In this document: one piece after another, positions 18,946 through 28,665 of the stretch | How positions within the stretch are numbered: position 1 is the stretch's first letter | How the letters are laid out: each line of letters opens with the position of its first letter | Source of the DNA: a virus | Lineage: Duplodnaviria > Caudoviricetes | Virus record (IMG/VR): IMGVR_UViG_3300031753_000006 | Coordinates: 1-62,024 of that record | DNA length: 62,024 nt | Strand: one strand, 5' to 3' | Position numbers and translations under genes: made by a program | Notes under the pieces: model-generated | Databases searched by the model: none | What the model saw: the letters and a program-made list of their open reading frames with translations, nothing else | Told to the model about the DNA's origin: nothing

Positions 18946-19226
18946 ACGCTGAGTATGTCCACATCGGCCTAATGGTCGGCCAGTACGTCATCATCCCGTT
19001 CACTATCTGGGCGGCGCGATCGTACAAACAATCGATCATTGATACGTTGAAGGCGCATGTCGATGCGACGATCAAGACGCATGAAGAGGGCGAAGACGGC
19101 AAGTTCACGGAATTGTCAGCGCGCATTGGCAGGATCGAGGAGTTGCTTATTCGGCGAGGGCTGCCGAAGGCGGTGGGCCGGACAGGTCGTGCTGGCGCAA
19201 AACGAACCGGCGGAACCAACGTTTAA
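18942..19226 (+). CDS. Single-TM protein, holin candidate
   Basis: N-terminal TM, coiled coil, basic tail; coupled to the endolysin gene. Confidence 0.45.
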   Translation: MNAEYVHIGLMVGQYVIIPFTIWAARSYKQSIIDTLKAHVDATIKTHEEGEDGKFTELSARIGRIEELLIRRGLPKAVGRTGRAGAKRTGGTNV

Positions 19227-19372
19227 GCGACCACCAGATCACTTGTCCCGCCACTTGATCGTACATGCCCAACTGATCCACGGGCGTAACTTCCAAGATC
19301 CAGACGTCGCAAAAGACGATGTGTAAAGACCTCGGATTATTGGTACTATACCGAACAAATACACAGTGCCGA

Positions 19373-19573
19373 TCAAGGTTTTCTCACGATAAGCTTCGAG
19401 CCGTTCGATGCCAATCTCTGGATGAAGTTGTACCAGAAGGTCTTCCAGTATCCACTGGTTTCGGCGATCGGCGGGAGGGAGTCCGCAGCCTCGCTGAAGA
19501 CCTTGTAGGCGAAGGCTGAGATCATCGACCATTCGGTCGGCGTCAATTGCGGCAGTTGAAACGGCAGATGCAT
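19373..19573 (-). CDS. Small amphipathic protein (possible lysis accessory)
   Basis: ATG start; SLPP...YWKTFWYNFIQRLASN; next to lysis genes. Confidence 0.5.
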   Translation of the reverse strand: MHLPFQLPQLTPTEWSMISAFAYKVFSEAADSLPPIAETSGYWKTFWYNFIQRLASNGSKLIVRKP

Positions 19574-19609
19574 GGTTTAGTGAGTTTAGCCAGTTTAGCA
19601 AGTTTAGGC
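19574..19609. repeat. Four tandem 9-bp units containing CTAAAC on the - strand
   Basis: ggtttagtg agtttagcc agtttagca agtttaggc. Confidence 0.85.
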
Positions 19610-19792
19610 GGGCGGTGCGGCCGGCTTGGGATTCAGGAAACTGTCAGCGATTGGCATCACCACACGGTTCAACAGATCGATGATCGAAGCAGCGTGCTGC
19701 TGAGAGTTCGGATTCTTGACGAATAGGGACGCAGCCGAAATACCAACGATAAAAACGTCATGCAAAATCTGGTCGATTTCAGGGGTGCTCAT
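19604..19792 (-). CDS. Small hypothetical protein
   Basis: TATACT-N6-ATG start; MSTPEIDQILHDVFIVG. Confidence 0.6.
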   Translation of the reverse strand: MSTPEIDQILHDVFIVGISAASLFVKNPNSQQHAASIIDLLNRVVMPIADSFLNPKPAAPPA

Positions 19793-19833
19793 GTCTTCAG
19801 TATACGTCAATCACATCCCAAACTGCTAACCTA

Positions 19834-19862
19834 TTGACAGGAACCCGAATCTGCCGTATAAA
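19834..19862 (+). promoter_or_regulatory. Sigma70 promoter
   Basis: TTGACA-N17-TATAAA. Confidence 0.7.
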
Positions 19863-19876
19863 GGAGGCACACACCC

Positions 19877-20731
19877 ATGAGGGCTTTGAACTGGCAAGAA
19901 ATTGACCGCTTGCGGGATGGCCTAGTCACACCCAGACTATCCATCAAGCAGCGTGAAGACGACGAGGTGAAATATGTCCATTACGACTTCGACGACCCCA
20001 AGCGATTCCCCAAGCAACCCAACCAGATCGAACTCACGCACCTCACGGATTTGCAGTATGGCAGCAAGGGATTTCAGCGTGATCGGTTTCTCGCTTATCG
20101 GGACTGGATTCTGTCTTCTCCTAATCGCTTTGTCTTTCTCGGGGGCGACCTCATTGACGCCGCCACCATTCTCTCCGTTGCGTCCCCCTACGACAACACT
20201 GAAGAACCCATCGACCAAGTCGACGGAGTTGTCGAACTGCTTGAGCCGCTGGCTGCCAAAGGACGGCTTCTTGGATACGTTGGTGGTAATCACGAGAGAC
20301 GGACAATTAAGACGTTTGGGGATTGTGGACGGACAATCGCTCGAGAACTCAAGGTGCCGTATTCCCGAGGCGTCCAACTGATCGATATCAAGTTCGGCAA
20401 GCATGATCCCCTGAAAGTATCCCTTTGGCACGGAGGTGGATCAGCCCGTACCAAAGGCTCTAAAGCACAGATGATTCATAGGTTCATGAGCCAAGCGGAT
20501 AGTCAAATATACATGGTTGGGCATCTACACGACTGTATAGTTGTGTATGACTGGAGGCAAAAACGGGTCGGCAACCGTATAAAACTACAGAAAATTGTTG
20601 GCGTAATGAGTTCGTCGTTTTTGGGCTACTGGAATCAGTACAGTGAAGTTGCCGCAATGTCGCCCTCTGACACACTCATGGCGCGTATAATCGTTGGGCG
20701 AGACGGCTCATGGGAATTGACGCTAAAATAG
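19877..20731 (+). CDS. Calcineurin-like metallophosphoesterase
   Basis: TDLQYG, GGDLID, GGNHE, WHG and GHLH motifs. Confidence 0.88.
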   Translation: MRALNWQEIDRLRDGLVTPRLSIKQREDDEVKYVHYDFDDPKRFPKQPNQIELTHLTDLQYGSKGFQRDRFLAYRDWILSSPNRFVFLGGDLIDAATILSVASPYDNTEEPIDQVDGVVELLEPLAAKGRLLGYVGGNHERRTIKTFGDCGRTIARELKVPYSRGVQLIDIKFGKHDPLKVSLWHGGGSARTKGSKAQMIHRFMSQADSQIYMVGHLHDCIVVYDWRQKRVGNRIKLQKIVGVMSSSFLGYWNQYSEVAAMSPSDTLMARIIVGRDGSWELTLK

Positions 20732-20732
20732 T

Positions 20733-21218
20733 ATGCCCAAAACTGTAGAACAGAAGGAGTACATGCGGCAATACCGGATCAAAAACGCCGCTAGGATTAA
20801 GGAACTGCAAGACAAGTATCGTGCCACGCATCCAGAGTACCGGGACAAAGCCGCCCGTCGAGCACGGGAATGGGGAGCCGAAAACAAAGAGCGACGTAGA
20901 TTAGTGGCTCGACAGACCAGAGAGCAGAAAATCAAAGAGGATGAGGATCTGTTTTTCTATCTTCGTAGACGGTCGCGACTAAAGCATTTGTATGGCATAA
21001 CGCCTGAGCAGTATGACGAGATGTTTGACGCACAAAAAGGAGTGTGTGCTATCTGTGAGGCACCTCCGAATAAAAAGCGTCTAAATATAGACCACGACCA
21101 CAAAACTGGTAAAGTTCGAGGATTGCTTTGTGCTCCGTGCAATCGTTGGATTGGTAGAATGGGCGATGACCCAGAACGCATCTTACAGGCTGTTGCGTAT
21201 TTAGAGGCCGCCCGTTGA
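20733..21218 (+). CDS. Endonuclease VII-family (His-Me) endonuclease, probably homing-type
   Basis: YGITPEQY...QKGVCAIC...IDHDHKTGKVRGLLCAPCN. Confidence 0.9.
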   Translation: MPKTVEQKEYMRQYRIKNAARIKELQDKYRATHPEYRDKAARRAREWGAENKERRRLVARQTREQKIKEDEDLFFYLRRRSRLKHLYGITPEQYDEMFDAQKGVCAICEAPPNKKRLNIDHDHKTGKVRGLLCAPCNRWIGRMGDDPERILQAVAYLEAAR

Positions 21219-21430
21219 GTGACGTAATCCCCGACGGCGCGATCACAGCTAATGAATATGCCCATCGGTACGGGATCAGTAATACCACGGCCAGAAGCCA
21301 ATTGGAGAATCTGATTGCCGACGGTAAGATGAAGAAAATACACGTTCATGCGACCTTCTTCGTGCCCACTGGTAAAATAGACTCATGCCCTCCTGCGCAG
21401 AATGGGAAGACGAAGAAACCGAAACGGTAA
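21215..21430 (+). CDS. Winged-helix DNA-binding protein
   Basis: ITANEYAHRYGISNTTARSQLENLIADG. Confidence 0.6.
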   Translation: MSDVIPDGAITANEYAHRYGISNTTARSQLENLIADGKMKKIHVHATFFVPTGKIDSCPPAQNGKTKKPKR

Positions 21431-21496
21431 TCGACCTATTCTTCCTTTGGGACAACTGCGGGCACGGGCATGCTAAAATCACAACTGAGGTACAAC

Positions 21497-21751
21497 ATGG
21501 CCGATCGACCGTCTTTCCCGCCCGACAAAGCACCCAGCGACACAATGGCTGGCATCCACTCGCCCGCCGGTTTCAACGGTAAGCCCGGTTCCCCCGGCGA
21601 CCGCAAGGCCCCGACGAAGCACTATCCGTCCACTACTGCGATGGTGCCGAAGCGCGCTAATGTGATCGACGGCCCCGGCAAGGGTTGTGGCATCACTGGC
21701 GAGAACGGCAAGAAAAGTTCTGGGTATCAGAAGCCCGGTGGCGGCCAATAA
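21497..21751 (+). CDS. Small Gly/Pro/Lys-rich protein
   Basis: GAGGT RBS; extended -10 TGCTAAAAT upstream. Confidence 0.6.
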   Translation: MADRPSFPPDKAPSDTMAGIHSPAGFNGKPGSPGDRKAPTKHYPSTTAMVPKRANVIDGPGKGCGITGENGKKSSGYQKPGGGQ

Positions 21752-21787
21752 AATAGGCCATCTCTAACAGCACGATATAATTGAGTC

Positions 21788-23143
21788 GTGCCCGGTCCTC
21801 CGCCCTACACTCAGTACACTCTCACAGCTCTGACCACAGAGATCAGCAACCTCCTTGCCGATCCGACGCAGAAGTACTGGACTGTACCGGAGATCCAGTA
21901 CGCCATCCAGGAGGGCATGTATGTCTGGGGTGCGTTGACATCGTACTGGCGTGACAGTTCCCCGTTCAATCTCACTCCGAACGAGGGGATCTACGACCTG
22001 TCAGTCAAACTACCGGCCTTGCGCACAAGATCTTGGACGCTGGGCCAGATGGTCGCCGACATCCAGTACTCTATCCTCGAGGCGCCAAACGGCATTTTGG
22101 GCACTGGGATGTCCGGACAAACGACCGTGACGGCGATCCTGAATGCGATCAATCGAGCGAGAAACCGGTTCATTCTCGACTCTGTGCTGCCGTTCACAGT
22201 TACTTCAATGCCGGTTCTTTTGCCGCCATCTACTGGCGTCGTAACTTTCGCAAACAACATAGGTTACCTGCATCGGGCGGCGTGGAAAGATGGGCCTAGC
22301 GGTACGTGGACAAACCTGTGGCGGCAAGACAATTATTCGGCCGACGCTGGCCTGTACCAATGGGGCACGACCACAGGCACGCCGCGGATCTTCAGTGAGT
22401 CCAATCTGACGCCGCTGGAGTTGCAGCTCATCCCACCGCCAGCCGCTGCTGGAATCCTGCAAACGATCAGCGTCATGTCCACGATGCTTGACCTCACAAA
22501 GTCCGGCACAACGTTCAACATACCGGACGAATGGATCCACGCGATCAAGTGGGGCGCGCTGTCGGAGTTGCTATCGGTCGACTCACTGATCGCCGATCCG
22601 GCTCGTGCTCAATACGCGAACACGAGATACCAGCAGGCCGTGGACTTCGCCAAGAACTCGAAGTCGATTATTCGATTACGGTTTGGCAACACCCCACTGA
22701 TGATCGATACGTTCCAGAGCATCGACGCTGGAGTACCGATGTGGCGCAACCAACAGGGAACTCCACAGATGGCGGGCATCATGTACGATCTAGTGGCCAT
22801 CGTGCCGGGATCGCCGCAGGTTGCGTATACCGTGACTGCCGACGTCGTCCAATCAGCCCCTATCCCGTTGATCGGCACGGACGACATAGATCTCGGCCCA
22901 GAGGACATCGGCCACCTGATTGATTACGTAGTCCACATCCTCACATTCAAGTGCGGCGGTAAAGAGTTCGCGTCCACGTATAGCCGTTACAACGATTTCA
23001 TGGACGCCGTCTCGTTCCGCGGCCAGATCAACAAAGCGCGGATTCAGTACCTCAAGCCGACGATGGAACAGCCGTCGATGGAAGAGGGAGAACGGCCAGA
23101 TGTCTATCAGTTGCAGTCAACTAAGAAGGGAGGCGGCAAATGA
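21788..23143 (+). CDS. Neck/adaptor-like virion protein
   Basis: LLADP...YWTVPEIQYAIQEG adaptor-like start; IPDEWIHAIKWGAL; TATAAT-N6-GTG. Confidence 0.6.
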   Translation: MPGPPPYTQYTLTALTTEISNLLADPTQKYWTVPEIQYAIQEGMYVWGALTSYWRDSSPFNLTPNEGIYDLSVKLPALRTRSWTLGQMVADIQYSILEAPNGILGTGMSGQTTVTAILNAINRARNRFILDSVLPFTVTSMPVLLPPSTGVVTFANNIGYLHRAAWKDGPSGTWTNLWRQDNYSADAGLYQWGTTTGTPRIFSESNLTPLELQLIPPPAAAGILQTISVMSTMLDLTKSGTTFNIPDEWIHAIKWGALSELLSVDSLIADPARAQYANTRYQQAVDFAKNSKSIIRLRFGNTPLMIDTFQSIDAGVPMWRNQQGTPQMAGIMYDLVAIVPGSPQVAYTVTADVVQSAPIPLIGTDDIDLGPEDIGHLIDYVVHILTFKCGGKEFASTYSRYNDFMDAVSFRGQINKARIQYLKPTMEQPSMEEGERPDVYQLQSTKKGGGK

Positions 23144-23358
23144 CGATTCTAGTGGATTGTTACTATTGCGGCTGTCCAGTTCACTTCGATCCTAGTGGGA
23201 AGTTGGCGGCGCTGGGGATCACTGTCGCGACTTGTGAAGAGCATAACCTCGCGGTGATTTGCAGCCTCTGCACAGATATGATGGAAGTAGAGGGAGTGGA
23301 AGTCGAGATTGTGGACGAGAATGAACTGAAGAAAAGGATCGAGAAGGAAGCTGCGTAA
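23140..23358 (+). CDS. Small zinc-binding protein
   Basis: CYYCGC...CEEH...CSLC; coupled on both sides. Confidence 0.6.
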   Translation: MTILVDCYYCGCPVHFDPSGKLAALGITVATCEEHNLAVICSLCTDMMEVEGVEVEIVDENELKKRIEKEAA

Positions 23359-25997
23359 TGCCGGATATCGCGAAACAGACACTGCGGATGGATTGCGCGG
23401 GCGTGGATTTGCGTGCGCCGCTCGATGCCATGCCTCCCGGCCACTTCCCCTACCTGGATAACGTTCGTGTGGTCGAGGAGGGAAGGCTCGAGGCACGGCC
23501 GGGATACACCACATTCAATACCGTCGCGCTCTCCACCAAGGCTCTACATTCGATCCGCCGTCTGAACGACGCCGCAATGTTCTTTGCTGCGGCGGGGTAT
23601 ATCTACGTTGTGGGGAATGGCACAACGCTGTGGGCTGGAACCGAGAATGCACTAGCACAGATTGACACTGGCTACTCCGGTAACCCACTGTCCATAATCA
23701 ACTTCCGGCCAGAGAACTCGCCGTCCTCCTTTGCGTATGTGTACGACGCCAACAAGATGACCAAGGTGCGGCCGGACGGCACACTGCGGCCCATTGGCGT
23801 GGTCCCACCGCTCAACCCGGCACTGACTGAAGCTGACTATGGGCCACCGGCAATGGCAGTGCTCGACGAAGGACAATCAATAACCGGGTGGACAATTGGC
23901 GCCGGCTCCTCTTTCTCGGTCATCAATCTGGTCGATCGACAGGGATCTGGCGGCGGAAATGACGGCACGATCGGGTCGATCACGTATAACAGTGGGTCAA
24001 CTGGTTGGTGCTGCATCGTACCGAGCAGCCCGGTGAGCCCGAACTGGGCGGGTAGTCGGATGCGCGTGCTACTCAACAGCGGCGGTGGCAATCAAGAGAC
24101 GGTGCTCGTGCGAGAGATCCACCCGGCGATCGTGAGTACGACCGTGCAAGCAGTGCAGTATGACAGCGGTAATTCGGGTGTATGTTCATTGGTTCTAGTC
24201 AACTCGCCGACCGGTCTGACGCGCAATTCGATGGTGACAATCGCGGGCAACCTGTACCGCGTGCTGGCCGTGATCCCGTCGCCGGACGGCACTACGTACT
24301 CAGTGCGATTGAACAGTGGCGCCCACACAATCGCGGCGGCTGATGCCGTGGTGGGCAAGATCTCTTGGTATACGTACACCATCCAGACTCACGCGGCGGC
24401 CGAGACGTTGACTGCTCAATGCGTATATGCGCGCGGCACCAGTTTCGGTGGTGCGAGCGCAGTATCAAACATCGCACGGCTGGTTGCGGTGGACGCCTCA
24501 AAAGCGAACAATCGTGCGGTCGATCTAGCGAACGATTACATGCACATTTCGTTCTGGGCCACGGTGGGGGCTGGGGTCAAGCAGGTCCGACTGTACCTGG
24601 ATGTGGACGCCGGGACGTCGTCTCTGGCCAACGCCTTCACTAATAACTACTTCATCTTCACTCTGACGCCCGCACAGTTGTTCGGTGCGAATGCCGCGCC
24701 CACAGGTGGGTCATGGAACGAACTGTTGATTCCACTGTCGTCAGGGGTGAGGGTGGGCAGTGATCCCACGCGCAACCTATCGAACGTCCAGGCGTTGAAG
24801 ATCGAGGTCACACAGACACAAGCGGGCGATATCGCGTTCGATTGGTGGTACTTGTTCGGCACGTACGGGCCTGTCATCCAGCCCAATTCTCCTGTAGGAT
24901 ACCTGTATGAGACTCGTTACCGCGATTCTACGACTGGTGCCGCTTCAGTTCCTGGCCCTCCTACTCGATACAGTCTTAACCCTTTACGGGAAGAGGTACT
25001 TGTCACTCCACAAACAACCGCAGCGCCAAGTGTTGATTCGGACGATGTATATAGACAAGGAGGAACACTTTCAAATTTTACATTTGACGGAACAGTTGCA
25101 AATAATAACGGATCCCCCAACACGTTCCATGACGATTTCAGTGACAATTCGATAGGGGCCAATCCAGCCGCCGATCTTACCCTCATACAGCCTTGGTCCG
25201 TTGTCGACAACGTCTGGACCGGCACCATCAACGTCGTCGGAACCTCAGTAACCTGGGTCAGCGGCACGCAGTTCAATCCAGCGTGCGTGGCTGGCACTGT
25301 GATCATAATCAATGGCGTTGCCTATCAGATGTACGGCAGCCCGATCTCTTCGACCTTCCTTGAGATCACCTCGTCAGGCGGTGTGCAGACTGGAGTCACA
25401 TTCACTGTGGCCAACCCAATTCTCACCGGACAAGCGTTGCCATTTGCGTTCGGGCCACTCGAGGGTCCGTTCGCACCAGTCGTGTTCGCACTAGGCGACC
25501 CAAAGAATCCCGGCACGCTCTACTTCACGAACGCAGCCAACTTGGACGGTGCCAGTGACCTGAACACACTGGAGGTCGCACCACCGAGCGAACCGCTGAT
25601 CTCTGGAGCGGTGTGGAACGGACTAGTGTTCGTGGGATCGAGAGATAACGTGTACCTAATACGGTACACATACTTGTTGAGTCCTGGCAGCAGCGGCCCT
25701 GGAACGTTCCAGGTGAACCGGCTTCCATCGCCTTCCGGTATCTGGTCGCGATGGGCTTGCGTGCGTGGCCAAGACGGAGTGTACTTCCTTGGGCGAGACG
25801 GGATCTACCGCGCGACTGAACAAGGAGTCGTGAGTGTGACCGATCCATCGCTGTACCCGCTATTCCCGCATGACGGTGGTAGTTTGCCATCTGGATTCAA
25901 AGTGAACGGAGTGCCCGCGCCAGATATGACGGCGCTATCATCGTTGAGGCTGACCGCCGCTGACAATGATATCTACTTTGACTACACGCCGATCTAG
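23358..25997 (+). CDS. Tail nozzle / DNA-stabilisation-like protein, N-terminal part
   Basis: GVDLR.P...LDNV...GRLEARPG start; propeller-like GVYFLGRDGIY; large beta insertions. Confidence 0.6.
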   Translation: MPDIAKQTLRMDCAGVDLRAPLDAMPPGHFPYLDNVRVVEEGRLEARPGYTTFNTVALSTKALHSIRRLNDAAMFFAAAGYIYVVGNGTTLWAGTENALAQIDTGYSGNPLSIINFRPENSPSSFAYVYDANKMTKVRPDGTLRPIGVVPPLNPALTEADYGPPAMAVLDEGQSITGWTIGAGSSFSVINLVDRQGSGGGNDGTIGSITYNSGSTGWCCIVPSSPVSPNWAGSRMRVLLNSGGGNQETVLVREIHPAIVSTTVQAVQYDSGNSGVCSLVLVNSPTGLTRNSMVTIAGNLYRVLAVIPSPDGTTYSVRLNSGAHTIAAADAVVGKISWYTYTIQTHAAAETLTAQCVYARGTSFGGASAVSNIARLVAVDASKANNRAVDLANDYMHISFWATVGAGVKQVRLYLDVDAGTSSLANAFTNNYFIFTLTPAQLFGANAAPTGGSWNELLIPLSSGVRVGSDPTRNLSNVQALKIEVTQTQAGDIAFDWWYLFGTYGPVIQPNSPVGYLYETRYRDSTTGAASVPGPPTRYSLNPLREEVLVTPQTTAAPSVDSDDVYRQGGTLSNFTFDGTVANNNGSPNTFHDDFSDNSIGANPAADLTLIQPWSVVDNVWTGTINVVGTSVTWVSGTQFNPACVAGTVIIINGVAYQMYGSPISSTFLEITSSGGVQTGVTFTVANPILTGQALPFAFGPLEGPFAPVVFALGDPKNPGTLYFTNAANLDGASDLNTLEVAPPSEPLISGAVWNGLVFVGSRDNVYLIRYTYLLSPGSSGPGTFQVNRLPSPSGIWSRWACVRGQDGVYFLGRDGIYRATEQGVVSVTDPSLYPLFPHDGGSLPSGFKVNGVPAPDMTALSSLRLTAADNDIYFDYTPI

Positions 25998-26005
25998 GTA
26001 CGACT

Positions 26006-27700
26006 ATGCCATTTAATCCACCAAAGCAGATCGCTAAGGGGTTTGGGACTCCGTCGTGGACATTGCCATTCTCATCCAACGTAACTTCAGGCAATATCAT
26101 AATCGTGTTCGGCACTCTTACTGGGGCCGGGGCTGGATCGGCCAACCCTACTGACAATCTGGGTAACACATACATACGAGCAGTAGCACAAACCGACGTT
26201 GCTGGAGCTGGACTAAACGTATGGTATTGCTTCTCGATCGCAGGTGGGGCTTGCACACTTACTTTTCCTTCAAATAGCGCCAGTGTTGTGATCATGGCCG
26301 AGTACAACATGACGTCCGGCAGTTTGGACGTGGCCAACTCATCTACCAATGCCACTATTCCGTTCAGCATCACGACTACGCATGCGACAGAACTTCTTGT
26401 TGCGGTGTGCATCAACGGGTTACAGCCGACTACATGGGGTGTCAGCGGCAGCTTCGTAATCGAGACACAAGAGGATGCGTCTAATCCGCAGCCGGTCAGT
26501 CTCGTGTTGTGCGACCAGACGGTTAACTCGACTGGCACATACAGTGTGTCTTTCACTGAGGCGCCGTCTTTTTCAGCGGACGGAGCGATTCTCGGTTTCT
26601 TCGGCACGGCGATGACCGTGAATTGCAATAATCCGCCAGTTGGAACTGTGGGCGTTCCGTACACCACAACATTCACGGCTTCGGGCGGGACGGCTCCTTA
26701 CACCTTCACCATCTCTGCTGGATCATTGCCGCCTGGTATCACGCTGGCAAGTAACGGTGTCGCATCAGGAGTGCCGACGGCCTCTGGGTTGTACAGCTTC
26801 ACAGTGCAGGCTACGGATGCTACGTCGGCTACTGGGACTGCTGTATGCACGATCAACATCCTAGCCCCGACTACACTTCGGTTCGAGATCCCTAAGAAAC
26901 GGTGGTTCCCGCATGCGTACGCCGACACGATTGTCACGCATTACTTGGATGAGACGTTCTTGGGTAACGTGAACAAGGAGCAGTTGTTGCTGCTCTCGGC
27001 CGCAAAGGGATTTATATATACCAGTGGAGGGGATACGGACAACGGATCCGTGATTCCGAGCACGGTTATCACACCGTCGATGGATGGTGGTGACCCAAGG
27101 ATACAGAAACTATATGTCGACATCATGACTGATCTGGATGGCACCGGCACGGTTAAAGCGACCGCTCAGTTCAATAATCAGACGACAACTGGCGCGACTG
27201 TGTCTTACACACCTATTGGAACCAGAATCCAGCAGTTGCAGAATATATCGTCTCTGTCGTCATTGAACCTATACCGTAATCTGTCCGTCGCGTACACTTG
27301 GACTGGTGGTCCCGACGGCCCCCGCCTGTACATCTGTGAGCCGGCTGGGTATGCACAACCGTACATCTCAACGTTCATCGTGACACAGTTCATCAACCTA
27401 GCCTTCCCTGGTTGGAAGCACCATCGCCAGCTCTACGCTGGTTACATCAGTAACAGCAACGTCCTCTTTACGATCAAGACACAGGACGGACGGACGTATG
27501 GACCATATACGCTGCCGTCGACCGGCGGCCAGTTCCAGATCATCACGGCAAAGTTGGACCAGAACATTAAGGATCTAGCGTTCGCGTATCAGTTGGATGG
27601 ACAAGGGCAGAACTTCGTCTTATTCCCCGAGGCGTTCACGATCGAAACGAAAGAGTGGACAGAGCCGAGTTACATCCCGCTCGCCATCTTCAAGACGTGA
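26006..27700 (+). CDS. Tail protein with putative Ig (He_PIG) domain and nozzle-like C-terminus
   Basis: GTVGVPYTTTFTASGGTAPYTF...GSLPPGITL...SGVPT; DGGDPRIQKLY. Confidence 0.65.
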   Translation: MPFNPPKQIAKGFGTPSWTLPFSSNVTSGNIIIVFGTLTGAGAGSANPTDNLGNTYIRAVAQTDVAGAGLNVWYCFSIAGGACTLTFPSNSASVVIMAEYNMTSGSLDVANSSTNATIPFSITTTHATELLVAVCINGLQPTTWGVSGSFVIETQEDASNPQPVSLVLCDQTVNSTGTYSVSFTEAPSFSADGAILGFFGTAMTVNCNNPPVGTVGVPYTTTFTASGGTAPYTFTISAGSLPPGITLASNGVASGVPTASGLYSFTVQATDATSATGTAVCTINILAPTTLRFEIPKKRWFPHAYADTIVTHYLDETFLGNVNKEQLLLLSAAKGFIYTSGGDTDNGSVIPSTVITPSMDGGDPRIQKLYVDIMTDLDGTGTVKATAQFNNQTTTGATVSYTPIGTRIQQLQNISSLSSLNLYRNLSVAYTWTGGPDGPRLYICEPAGYAQPYISTFIVTQFINLAFPGWKHHRQLYAGYISNSNVLFTIKTQDGRTYGPYTLPSTGGQFQIITAKLDQNIKDLAFAYQLDGQGQNFVLFPEAFTIETKEWTEPSYIPLAIFKT

Positions 27701-27708
27701 GGTAGACC

Positions 27709-28653
27709 ATGCCTGGAGCGCCGCCACTTAATCCGATCACACAACAGGTCTTCCAGACGTTCTCTCGCCTGTCCGTGCCGCCCGAGCACGAGACGATGCA
27801 GGGCGTGATCTCGGACATCTATAACAAAATACAAGCCGTGCAGGCCGGGTCGCAGACGGTGCAGGCGCAGATACCCACCACGGCGGCCATCACACAAATT
27901 GCACAATCAGTCGCCATTCCGGCATCGGCAGCGGTGTTACCTACGGCTCTGAATGCGATCGTGCCTATCGTCCTTGCCCAACCGAACTCGACCTCACCTC
28001 TCCGCGATCAGAATGGCAACGTCGTGACTGCGGTGGACGGTGCAGTCGTCGCTTGGAATATCGGTGGAGCGGATGCCGGTGTGTTCTACCAATTCACCAG
28101 AGCGTCGGCCGTTTGGTCGTACGTAAGTGGGTACGTGGCAAGACAGCAGAATCAGTTGGCGACGTTGGCAGGACTGTTGGGGCCGTCGGACACTGGGCTG
28201 TTGGTCGATGTGACTGATTACGCCCACATCCTCAAATGGACCGGGACGGCCTGGACATATGCCGATCCATCCGATCCCGCCGGTCGTATCGAGATGTTCC
28301 TAGTCGATCCCAACCCTGTGACTGGATGGCACTTGTGCGACGGAACAGCCAATGTCCCGTACCTGAAGTTTGACGGCACAACACCCACACAGACACTACC
28401 AGACCTGATCAGCACGACGGCCAAGGCAGCGTATGCCAAGTTGGGTTCTCCAGTGTCTGGATCGCCGGTCGCAGCCACGGCGCCCACATTCACTGGGAAT
28501 GCGCAGACATTCACTACCACGCCCGCCGCGGCGTTCGTGTCTGGGTCGCAAGTCGACGCCTTCACCGCACCGAATCCATACACGCCAACCGGGTCAGTCA
28601 GTGCCACGGGAGAACCGAGAAACATTGTACTTAGGCCGTGGTTCCGTACTTGA
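27709..28653 (+). CDS. Tail fibre protein with collar-like domain
   Basis: PAGRIEMF...GWHLCDGT...LPDL and terminal EPRNIVLRPW. Confidence 0.65.
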   Translation: MPGAPPLNPITQQVFQTFSRLSVPPEHETMQGVISDIYNKIQAVQAGSQTVQAQIPTTAAITQIAQSVAIPASAAVLPTALNAIVPIVLAQPNSTSPLRDQNGNVVTAVDGAVVAWNIGGADAGVFYQFTRASAVWSYVSGYVARQQNQLATLAGLLGPSDTGLLVDVTDYAHILKWTGTAWTYADPSDPAGRIEMFLVDPNPVTGWHLCDGTANVPYLKFDGTTPTQTLPDLISTTAKAAYAKLGSPVSGSPVAATAPTFTGNAQTFTTTPAAAFVSGSQVDAFTAPNPYTPTGSVSATGEPRNIVLRPWFRT

Positions 28654-28665
28654 TATACTGGGATT

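Noticed and set aside
7830-26006. Stop-codon reassignment explaining the split genes
   Set aside because: The split halves are in different frames, and TAA, TAG and TGA all end clear genes.
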